Source of the DNA: Trichosphaerium sp. ATCC 40318
Lineage: Eukaryota; Protista; Tubulinea
Length of the DNA stretch: 64,000 nt
Assembly (NCBI GenBank): GCA_038496445.1
Contig: JALMLS010000197.1
Coordinates: 1-64,000 of the forward strand
Direction: 5' to 3'
Shown here: piece after piece, positions 52,460-64,000 of the stretch
How the letters are laid out: every line of letters begins with the position of its first letter
How positions within the stretch are numbered: the stretch's first letter is position 1
Position numbers and translations under genes: made by a program
The notes under the pieces: generated by a model
Database searches by the model: none
What the model saw: only the letters and a program-made list of their open reading frames with translations
Told to the model about the DNA's origin: nothing

Positions 52460-53945
52460 TACCTACAAAACCCACGTGATATTTTTCTTTTTAGTCCACT
52501 AAACGCTTTCAAATCTCACAGCTTGATAAACTAAAAAAACAAAAAATTCTCCGCCCTTGGCACCTAACGTAAAATGTAAATTATTCCCAATAAAAATTGA
52601 ATCAAAAAAAAAAAGTACATTCTTGTCTTACTCTACCTTTTTCTTTCTCGCGTACACTTTGTTACGAGCACATAATTATGCGAGTTCTTTTAACCATGTT
52701 TGATAAGAGTGACAGAAGTTCATCCATACTCGAAATTAGTAGTTCCACTTATTTCTTCAATGTTGCAAGCGTAGTCAACCAGTAGTGTTCCAATTGTTTT
52801 ACTTCCTAACGGTCATTCGAATTAAATCACGTGATATTTAGTCATGTAACACCCCTCATGTGCGTGCGTGTCTTTGTAAATCTCGTTTTCTGTAACAGTA
52901 GTTATGTTAGTTTAGACTTCGTACTGGTATGAGAGTGTTGTACCTCAACGTATTGGTAAGAGGCGCACTCCTAGGGCACACACGAAAATATCAAACAATA
53001 AAAACACGTTGAATAAGGCGTAGGTTATCTACTACATCTCTGTGGTATGAACGAAGAATTTGGTAACAGTCTCCGTTGTTCAGTTTGTTTCAACCGAATA
53101 GGGACTCCAATCTGACTTAATCATGCCCTCATTATGTTAAAGGTAATGTGTACTACTCTACTAGGTACTCTGCGTTACATTTATTTATTTTATTTACAGA
53201 CATGAAGCTGTAACAAGTTTAAAATGGGATCGTTTTTTGTCCATTGTTTGTATGATTCAAAAAAAAAATACCAATTGAATGACTGCTTAATGGCTGCCAG
53301 CCAAAAAATATTACAAAACTGAGCGCAATATTGACGCTCACCGTTTTTTACCAGACAACGTTTTATAGCATGAGAACATTCACAATTTCATTTTTATCAT
53401 TGTATTTATTTATCAGAATTGTATTTCTACTTATGAAGGAGACACCATGGAGCCAAGTACAAATAGTTACGTCTAATCAAGAAGCAAAGACTTGCGAAAG
53501 ATTTTGCCTGCCAATTCCCAAAACCAAAAATCCACAGAAATAAACCTAGATAAGATTTTCATATGTGCACCACTGTGTAGAGTACAAAAACGTGGGTGGA
53601 GTTACAAATAATTGGTGAAGAGAAAAATTCAAATGGAAAGAAACAGTATTACCGGAAAATTTTAGAGCTGCTACAAACCTAAGGAGGTGCTGTATCCATT
53701 TTAACTCTTGCTCTTTTTGCATTCAGCAAAATCAGTCTAAGTGAATCACGCCTTAACTGGAGATTTTCCTTATCACGCTGTGGACATGTTATAATGTGAT
53801 AATTGTTTTATTTTTCTACAAGGTTTGGTGGCATGGGTTTTTTTCTTTAAGGGTACTTTATAATCGGTTCTTTAAAAAAGCCCTCATACTCCTCATGACA
53901 CAAAGAATTTTTTTTTCAAAAAAGGGATTTGAAGGTTTTTTTTGT

Positions 53946-55862
53946 TTACTTCTTATCTTCATCCTTCTTCTTGTCACCAGTCATTTGGTCCAAAATACTC
54001 TTAATACTTGGGTCATTAGGATCAACACCTGGTAGATCTGCAATCATAGATGCCAAAAGATCTTGGTCGCCAGCGATAGCGGATAAGTCAGGTACTCCTG
54101 TAGCGGAAGTTGAAGCTTCGTTTGTACTCTCAGTTTTATCTGCGGCTGGTTCGCTATGATCAGCAAGAGACATTTGAAGAGCTTTTTGTAGTTCATCATC
54201 ATCATCTTCGTCTTCATCAACTTCCATCTGGAAAAAGAGTTAGTAAGATAAAAGGCCAAACATCGAAAAAACAAAAAAAGGTCAAAACAAAAAAATTAAA
54301 AAAACCGGCAAAATCTTACGTCATCTTGACCTGCATCAGCCTCAGCATTAGAAGCATTATATTCCATCATAGATAAAGCAAGTGCTTGTTGTAGCAAGTC
54401 ATCTTCATCATCTAAACGGACTAAATTAACAACCGAAAACCAAAAAGAAAACAGTTTCCAAGTAGAAATTATCTCGTAAAATAAACGCTTACCATCCATC
54501 TGTGGAGGTGCCTGTTCTGCGACTGTAGGCCCAGATGCTGCTGGTGTAGCATCAGCAGGTTCTGTAGCAGGTGTAGCATCCTTCATTTCGGCATCATCGT
54601 CACCAGGAGCATTTTCAGTAGCCGTTGACTCTCCTTGAGCTTCTTTGCGCTTATTTTCTTCTTCCATAGATAATCGGAGAGCCAAAGCGAGTTCTGGTTC
54701 TACATTTGGATCCACACCAAATTCGAACGTATTTGGATTAGCAGGAGCAACTAACCAACTGTAAATAACAGAATACAAAAAAAATTGTTTTGGTTTTTTG
54801 ACTCATCTGTAGAGCCCTATTAGACTACATACCTCCACCAGGCATACTGCTTGTAACGATAGGAGATGATAACAGTGCATCAGCGATAAATCCAGGACCA
54901 GGAGGGATAGTTACGAAGTTACTAGTCAAAAAATTAGTTATATAACATAAATAAACGCTAACGACGTTTGGAGTAATAAGAAAGCGTAAATGAGGAGTTT
55001 TGATGAAAATCATAAAAATCCCAACAAAAAAAAATTATTTGAAACAAGACAGGCCCAGAAAAACGTACGAGTTGTCATTATTGTTGACGGCGTTATGGAA
55101 AGCTTGCAATTTTTCTTGGTTTTCGTCTCCAAGGGCGATAATATCAACAGCAACTTTGTTCTTCTTCAAACGTTTACCTAGTCTCTCGACTTGCTATTCA
55201 AAACGTCAAAAAAAAAATCTTTGATGGGTTTGAGGCGCGTATAAAAACGGACCGCGTCTGGCAGAATTCCGTTCAAAAATTTTTTGATCAAAATCTTTGA
55301 ATGGCTTTAATATTCGATTGGATTGCTCACCTTTACAGTTTGAGTTATAGGGCTACCAACAAAAGCAACAATACGTTGTTCTTGACGTTTGTTTTGTCTG
55401 TGTTTTAAACCAAGCTAAAAGCGCATGTGAGATGACATATAATAGCCCAGCAACGTGTTTACGCACCTGAGCTACTTGGATACCCTCCATAAAGCTAGAT
55501 TCACCACCAATCTGAGAAGTATGCATAGCAGCTACAATACGTCCAGGATCTGTTGTTAGTGTAGCCAGCACGCGAATCCTGTACAATTGGCGTTAAAAAC
55601 ATAGTTAAAACAACCCAATTGTAATGCAAACAATTGCGTACGAAGCTCCAGAATTTGATATGAGCCCGACTGTACTTTCAGGGTTTGAATTTGTTTTTGT
55701 GCCTGTGATGAGATTTACAGCGTCTTTGCACGCTTCGAACCTGTTTGGCGAGAAATCGCTGTTTCTCATACATTCAGAGTTATCTATACTTACCAAAGCG
55801 TCAATAAAAGGTTTTTTTTTGTTTTTAGTAACGTACACGATAATTGTAGCTTCTAGGACCAT
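53946..55862 (-). CDS. RPN10: 26S proteasome regulatory subunit Rpn10/S5a, multi-exon
   Basis: MVLEATII|IDNSECMRNSDFSPNRF, NPESTVGL, LKHRQNKRQEQRIVAFVGSP, FEFGVDPNVEPELALALRLSMEEE, and UIMs LLQQALALSM and LQKALQMSL. Confidence 0.97.
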
Positions 55863-56219
55863 GGCTATTCAAATGTTAATACGCCACTAAACTTTTGTAG
55901 AGCGCTTGTTTGACTTTTTCAACTTTCAAAAAAAAAACTGTTGACCGTTTTTTCTGCCTAAAACCACTACTGCTTGTTTGTCGTGTATGAGTTACCTCCT
56001 GTGATGGGCTACTTTGTTGTATTAACTAAAAAACTGCTTGTTTTGGTGTTTAGTTATTTTATTTAAACTCTCCTTGCATTCTTTTGCATTCGTGCATATT
56101 ACCTACCACTGAGCTGTTGTTTTTCGAGACCATAGAGCGATAATCGGGTGTCAACGATTTTCTCTGTCCTATAACAGTTATAAATACTCTGTATATGTGC
56201 CATACCCGTACTCTAGTGA

Positions 56220-59200
56220 ATGTTTTATCAACTAGGTATTAACAACGAAGGTCAATACCAAGAGCTTCATCATATTCGCAGATATGAACGGCTCTTGAAA
56301 AGACTAACATCGGACCCAGAATTTGATACGCTTACATTCCATATAACTTTTTCCAGTACAACAACATCAGCATACGCACACAGCGTCTAACATTCATGAG
56401 GTTGGATAAATACAAGCTTACAGCAAACATGGTATACACAATTGGCTGAAGCTCTTTCAAAAACAGAGGCAATAACGCACCTTGATTTAAGCGAGTACGT
56501 TCTTTAACATGGCAAGATATTGCTCAATAAACGCAAAAGCCAAAAAAAAAAACTACGATCCTGCGCACCTTTACAAAAAAAACCATTTTAATTGCATGAA
56601 CAACAGTATTTCTGTCTCTTCAAACCGAAATATACCAAAAGCGCACACCTCTTCTATTCTGGAAAACCGTTGTGCCAAAATACTTTTTGCGATAACATAT
56701 GCAGCGTTGCGCTCCTTTATTGGTACTTTGTTCGAAAAAAAAAAACCAACCACCATAAAAACAACCTCAAAGCGCGATGGCAACCTCCAAAATGCTTTTG
56801 CGCTAGCCAGCATCACTATCTTTTCCTCTATCGCTAAATATTGCCTCACCTCATTTAGTAATGCTGAAGGATTAGGCGATAAGGGCCTGCAGGCTATATA
56901 CGAGGTTATTAAAACAAAATCAAATCTACGCGTAGTCAAGTTTTGCAACGACAATCTAACAGATGCATCTATCGATTTTCTCACTAAAATAGTCGAAACG
57001 AACATATCTCTCGAAGAATTTGACGTTGGTAACAACAAAGGTAAACTTGTAAACCAAATATGCGCTTTTTTTGGCAAACTTTTTGATGAATTATTACGAG
57101 CTTACGCGGTCTTCTTATGATTCATCAGCCCTTTCTATCGCTAACACCATCAATATAGAACTCTCTGGATCATCTCAAGCGGCCTCAAAACTGATTCAAG
57201 CAATGACAAAGCATCAACATTTAAAAGCAATCGGATTATCACTGACAGGCCTTTCTAAAAACCTTTCAGGAAGTCTAGCTAAGCTAGTAGTGAACAATAA
57301 GAGTCTAACACACCTTGATCTATCAAAGAACAATATTACAGACGAAGGGGTTACTGCTGTTTTGCAAGCACTAAAATATTCTCCAAATTTGGGATCACTC
57401 GATATTGGCTACACGAACACTACAAGTAGTAGTATAATGCATCTTTTACCGATATTATCTTCGCATGAAAACCTCTCTATGCTATCTTTGGGTTCTTGTA
57501 GGCTTGATACAGGCGTCATTGTTAAGCTTGCACAAGCATTAAGAAAGAGCAGTCATTTGAAGTACGAATGCTTTTGTTTTTTTGAACAATTTTTTTTTTT
57601 GCTTGTTTAACGGAAGATCAGAGTTTTCTCAGCTTGTATACGATATTTAATACATTAAATACTAAATATAATTATAGAAAATTGGATTTATCAAATCTAC
57701 AGCATATTGGTAATGATGCATTGAAGGGTATTTGTAATTTAATTACAAGAGCAAAGGGATTAAAAGAACTTGATTTGGAATACGTAAAAAAAGGTGTCAT
57801 AAGCACTGAGCAAGCGATAGATATTGCAAGAGCTATACGTGTTAATAAAACTCTGCAAATAGTACGCCTTCCAGCTTTCTGTCAGGTCCTGGAGACGGAT
57901 TTTACAAAGTTTATTAATATTATGGTTGAGTGCGTGTTTTTTTTTTTTTTCACTTTGAGTTTGCTGTTCGTATTCGTTTTTGTTTTAATATACTATAGAG
58001 CTATTCAACTTGGTAATGTTATCGACTTGGATTTGAGTGATGTTGCATTTTCATCAAAGGACGCTGCGATACTTGGTAGATTTATCAAGAGTGATCAAAA
58101 ATTAAAGGTAGCTGCTTTGTCTTTTTAGCAATCTTTGAGTTACTTACTTGGTGACTTTAGCGTCTGAGTTTGAGACATACACCAATAAACGAAGATGGTT
58201 TGAAAGAGATTTTAAAAGCAGCTGAACACAATGTATCGCTTGAATACTTAGATGTTAGGGATATTGATTGTTGTACGTTGTTACTATTTTCTCTTTTACG
58301 AAAAACCTAATTTATTTTCTAGCTGAAGAAATGTTACATACTGTAGAAAGATGGTTCCCTAAATCAGCTAATCTATGTCAGCTACTTATAGGCGATGGAA
58401 ACTTAGCCAAACAAGTACCTGCCTTTTTCAAATACAAGAATCTTCAAAAACAGAATCTATCAGAGTTCCCAATGCCGATTCTACAAATGGATAAGCTAGT
58501 TCGTCTTAACCTTTCTGGTGAGTAATTTATCCAAATATATACCACGTGGTATAGATTTTCGAGTATAATACATCTGTCGCTTTCAACAGAACGTCAAGTC
58601 AACACGCTCCGATTAATTTTGTCTTTCTAGGCAACAAAATTAAAATGCTTCCTCCTGATATTTCTAGACTTCAAAATCTTGAAGTTCTTGATGTTAGACA
58701 AAATCTTATCAGAAACTTACCTGTGGAACTTATTGAGCTTCAAAGTACACTCAAAGAATTAAAGATTCTTGGTAATCCTCTTGTCAATGTTAAGAAAGTA
58801 TTATGGACGAGAAGTCCAAAAGAAATACTTGGTTACCTTCAACAGCTAAAGCGTGGAACAGATACAATATATTCTGCTAAATTAATGATTGTTGGACGTG
58901 AAAATATCGGTAAAACATCACTTGCTCGTGTTATTTGCAAGGTACGCTTAGTTTCTCTTTCGCAACTGTGCGATTATAGTTCACTTTTTTCTAATTTTTT
59001 TTTTCATTTAGAAATGCGGTAAAACAAAGAAGAAGAAACCTAGTAAGAGTAAGTTTAAGACAAGTACAGATGGTATAGATATAGATCATCTTGAGTTGGA
59101 AGTAGATTTTGGACAGAGTGGGCAAGCCGGTCCACAAAGTCCTAAGAAACAAGCTGTTGCTCTCAGCCTTTGGGATTTTGTACGTTAATGATTAAATATA

Positions 59201-62200
59201 AGAAACGGTAATTTAACTTTATTAAAGGCTGGGCAAGAGACGTACTACACAACACATGAGTTCTTTCTTTCAGAGCACGCTATATTCTTAGTAGTAAGTC
59301 TTTTTTTTTTTTTGAACATTTAGCTTTGTTTTTCTGCTTTTTGTCGGCCGTCTTCTATTGTTGGTTGGAGGCTGTGTTCTTATGTTATTTTGCTTAGGTG
59401 TTTGATATGTCAAAGTCCTTGGATAGAGTGAGTATGTTATACTGGCTGAACTCTATTAAATCGCGTACAAATGAATCAAGTATAATTCTTGTTGGTACTC
59501 ATGTTGATGCTGATATTTGTCAAAGTGGTATGACTATTTTGAGCATCAATACTCTTATTAATAGTTATATGCTGACTTATTTCTTTAGAAGGATATGTTG
59601 ATAATGTCCTTCAATTAATGAAGGATGAATTTTGTACAGAGGCATTCCCAATGATTGAGTATATTGTACCTGTTTCTTGTAAACGTGAAATGGGAGCACA
59701 AGATCTGATAGATTGCTTAAAACTCACAATAGCGAAGGGTGAAGGATCTGCACAAATAGTACCAAAAACGTATGCTATAACTATTCTTTTAAAGTATACA
59801 GTCAGCTAACTGCTTTTTTTCTTCAGTTACAAAGTGTTGGTTAGCGCTATTAAGGCTGAAAATGCTCGAATGTCAGAGAAAAACTTACCTCCTTATAAAA
59901 CATGGTATGCTTCTTATTATACTGCCCAGATTGTTTCAGTACTAAATTCAATACTTATCTAACCCTTAGGGATGATTTTGTTGATCTTGCGAGAGATTGC
60001 AACATAAAAGATGAGTCTCAAATTAAGTTGTACGACCAGTCGATGAAATTTTTTGTTTTATTTTGATTCTCTGCTTTAATACATTATTAATTATGCTCTT
60101 TAGGTTCTGTCGTATCCTCCATAAAGTAGGTACTATTGTATACTTGGAAGGAGATGATACAGAAGGTGGTCGAGCAGATATAGTTATACTTGATGTTCAG
60201 TATCTTACAGATATATTTGCGACTATTATAACAACTAAACAGAATTATGTCAAGTGCGTTCTCCGTTTGTTATTCTATTTGTTTGCGAAGATGAAGGTAC
60301 TTATTTGTTTTTTTAGGGATGGTGTTATTATGCACAAGAACTTGAAGCATGTGTGGAAACAATTCCCTGAAACTATTCATCCCTCTTTGTTGAACATTCT
60401 TTACAACTTTGAGATTGCTTATAAAATTGATACGAACAATGATTTTGTTTCCAAAGCTTTGAATAACTTGAGAGGGTCTTCTTCAAGTCGTATAAATGTA
60501 TTAAAAGGTAGAAACTACTCAGAGACGTCACCTTCAACACCCAAAAAGATCTCAGTACAAGAGGAGTGCAGGTACCTATTTTAGCCACCTAACTCCATTC
60601 AAACTGATTTTGCTCATTATTATCGATTTAGTTTATTGCCATCTCTCTTACCTCAAGAACGACCTCAATTATCTATTCTATGGCCTCCAAGTAAGGGACA
60701 ATATGATAGAATCTACGAGCTTGAGTTCATGCCAAGAGGTACAGATTTTGTTAAATAAGTGTATTGTTAACTCGAAAACTAATATTTTGTTTAAGGTCTT
60801 TTCTCTCGCCTTCTTGTTCGTTCTATGATGTACGGAGAGAAGGTGTTAAAGTATTGGCGTAATGGGGTTATTGCAACTTATACAGATGATAATGGAATGC
60901 TATGCACTTTCTTTATTGAAAAAGAAAGGGCACAAAATAAATTTTCAATAAGAGTCAGAGGGCCAAAAACTTCAGTTACTAAAGTATTCCGTGACTTACT
61001 TGAAACAACAGAAGCTCTTTTATCAAGTTCATGTTCTAATGTTGGAAACTCAGTGTATATTACTTGTCCACATTGCTATGAATTAAAGGCAGATAAAGTC
61101 CATATATGGGACTTTTCGTACCTAACAAAAAGTAAGTTTTTTTACTTTGAATTTGACTTTGTGCTGTTCTGTTACTAAAAAATACTGTTTAGTGGCTTCC
61201 AAGGGATTAGCATTTGTTTCATGTACAAAACAAGAAACAGTAGCTAAAGTTCGATTAGATCGTATCGCGCCTGACATTGCACTTTCTGACTTTTCAGGAA
61301 TGCAGATTTCTCATGAAGAAATTACACTTGTTGAAGAAGTCGGTAAAGGTACGCCTTAACAATCTAAACTTGATCGTAACTATGCTCGCATAATATTTTA
61401 TAGGTTCTTTTGGTATTATTTGGAAGGGTATCTACCAAGACGAGATTGTTGCTGTGAGTGTTTTTGAAGAAGCTTTTTTCCTATTTTTTTCTGTATTTCA
61501 TTTCAGTTTTGACTTGTTATACTTCAAGGTTAAACAGTTGACACCGAAAGGTACTGAAGCTGAAGAACTCTTTGCAGAGTTCAGACGTGAAGTATGGATT
61601 ATGAGCTCAATGAAGCACCCTAATGTTGTTAATCTTCGCGGATTCTGTCTAGAGCCATTCAGTATGGTTATGGAGTTCCTTGCAGGTATGTACCTGTTCC
61701 TCTACCAGTTTTCTTACAATTTCATTTAGGTGGTGACTTGTACTCTCTTGTGTCAAACAAGAAGCGCTTCTCTAAAGGTATACCTCTTGCATTACAGCTT
61801 CGTATTGCTTTGGATATTGCCTTGGGCATGGAGAATCTCCATGCAGCTACACCACCACTTATCCACGCTGATCTTAAGAGTCCTAATATTCTTGTACGTA
61901 AACCTAAAAGATTTAGACTTCTTATCCAAGTAACTCCTTGCTTTAGATTGCAAACAGAGATTTGAGTGCTAGACAACTTGGACCTGTGGCTAAAGTTGCT
62001 GATTTCGGTTTGTCTTCTCGTTTATACACACCATACTTGAAAGAGACTACTAAAAACAGAAAGGTCTCTAACCCTACATGGCTAGGTGCGTAAAACAAAA
62101 AGTGTCTCATCAATTAACTCATCGTAAATCAGCGCCTGAAATCATGCGCGAACAAGCCTTTACTGAAAAGTCAGATATTTATGCGTTTGGCATTATATTA

Positions 62201-64000
62201 TGGGAGATTATGAGCCGTTCACATCCTTTCCAAGAGTTTCACTTTGAGTTCTTGTGCGTAGCCTTTTTTAAACCCTCTGAGTTCCTCTAACACATCGTTG
62301 TAGGCATGAACTTGAAGACTCTGTTCGTGATAAAAAGCTTCGACCTACTATTCATTCAGATGATATACCTGCACCTATAGGTGACCTTATACGTAATGCT
62401 TGGCATGATGATCCAGAGAAGAGACCAGAGTTCTCTGATATTGTAAACCAGTTAATGGATATCATCAGAGAGTATACACAACCAAAAGAAGTTCATATGC
62501 CTAAACACAGCAATAAGTTTCAAAGACAAAAGACACAACTCCTGAGACGTATGTCTTTTGGTTTGATTTTTCTTGGACTAACACTCTTACTTAGACCAAA
62601 AGTCGTCTGTTCGTGCATCAAACGTAGTAAGTGCTGCTGGTAAGTCATTCCCACGCTTCAAACACCTTTACTAATGTATACCAAGGCACTCTGATTAAGA
62701 CAATAAAACTAAACTCACCTGTGTTGTGTATGGAACAAGTTAAGGATAATCAGATTTGGGCTGGATGGTACGTACCAAAGAACTGGTTGAGCGCCTTTGG
62801 AACAAGCTTCTGTGAACAAAAACAAGAATTCTAAACTCGGTGAAGTATTCACTAATTTCTTTCTTTAGTAGCGATGGTTCTATTTGGATTTACAACGCTG
62901 AAGGCGGTCAACGCCTCGTAAAAGATCAGACATGTCATGAGCATCCTGTTGTTGCTGCAGTACGTCTAGATGCTTACTGTGAATATTAACACAGTGTTAA
63001 GGCTTGGTCTGGTGATCACGTGTTTACCTCTGATACTACTTGCTTGAAAGTATGGGAAGTACCTAAGTTTGAAGCTTCAATTTTGGATAAGGTACAGATA
63101 AATACGCTTGTGACTTAGTTTGGAAGTACTTACTCTGGTCTTTTAGAAACGCTCTGTTGTTCGTATAAATATCAAGACAGGAGTAGGAAAACAGAAATGG
63201 AAGGTCGCTTTCTTGAGTTATGAGAACAGGAAGCTTTGTATATCAAAGGATAAAGACGTATGTCTAAGACGATTTTTTTTGTTGTTTCACTTTGCCTTGC
63301 TGACTTATTTAGTTGAAAAAAGCTTTCACTCCACCTGTAGGTGTTGAACGTGTTAAACTAAACTCTGGTCCTACAAATGTAAAATCGACTCAGAAAGATC
63401 GTTGTTTCAGCCTACGATATCCGGACTCTGAAGAGGACTTTGTATTTAAGTTCGATACTGCCGAAGAAGCTAACTCTTGGAGTAACTTCTTGGATACAGT
63501 ACAGAAACAACTTGTTCTTGTACGACTCTTGCAGGTTGCATCTTTGATAACACGCTTACTTCTCTTCAGAAAAAACGACTAGTAAGAGCAGAGAAGCTAT
63601 CTGATGTATACGCACAAGATACTGTTGCTCTTTTGGATGTAAGAGGTGAGCAGTTATGGGCTTTTAGTTCGAATGGTGCTATACATATTTGGGATTCAGA
63701 GGTATGCATCTACACTACTTGGTTAGTAATATTTGTCACTAATTGCTTTGAGTAGGATTTCAAGTTTATAAATAGAATTGATCTTGTTAGTGTATCTCCA
63801 CGGAAAGTCTTTCCATCTAAAGTGTACGCCTCTTTTTTTTTTTTTTGAAGTTTTTCAATTAACTTTCTTATGTTTGTTCTAGGAATAACTTTATGGCAGT
63901 ATCTGTGTGTTATGTTGATAACTTTATATTTGCTTCCATGGGAACTACAATCTTTAAATTAGATAGCAAGGTACGTGATAAGGCAAATAGAAAGTAGATT
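56220..64000 (+). CDS. Roco/LRRK-family kinase (RI-like LRR, LRR, Roc GTPase, COR, TKL kinase, WD40/PH-like tail); 3' end runs off the window
   Basis: KLMIVGRENIGKTSL, STDGIDI, LWDF|AGQETYYTTHEFFL, LVGTHVD, RLDRIAPDIALSD, EFRREVWIMS, IHADLKSPNIL, KVADFGLS, APE, SDIYAFGIILWE. Confidence 0.94.

Noticed and set aside
1-64000. tRNA, rRNA, transposase, reverse transcriptase or viral hallmark genes
   Set aside because: None recognised by eye; a covariance-model and HMM search would be needed to exclude them.

Overview
AT-rich, intron-dense eukaryotic nuclear DNA, probably from a free-living amoeboid protist (inferred from the gene set; not established). Introns are short (about 40-300 nt), with mostly GTACGT/GTAAGT donors and CTAAC-like branch points. 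Recognisable genes: DDB1 (3' end outside the window), an SH3-like/cyclic-nucleotide phosphodiesterase fusion, a secreted Pro/Thr-repeat protein, an arylsulfatase, an atypical G-alpha, a secreted beta-helix protein, NDUFV1, a PH/SH3 protein, an F-box protein, an OTU deubiquitinase, a conserved HhH protein, RPN10 and a Roco/LRRK-type kinase (3' end outside the window). Most notable items: (1) two paralogous genes built from ~70-aa 'LDDWY...GG...Y.GS...YP...W' repeats capped by a Vsr/DUF559/RAP-like nuclease-fold domain; (2) an intronless, virus-like island at about 16.0-19.4 kb with MORN and F-box/LRR genes between 99-bp inverted arms that each carry a start codon, plus two MITE-like insertions; (3) a Crinkler-like REase + kinase gene in a gene-poor 43.7-53.9 kb region that also holds CACGTG motifs and a duplicated spliced non-coding-like unit; (4) several GC-AG introns. 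All exon structures were derived by hand; no database searches were run.
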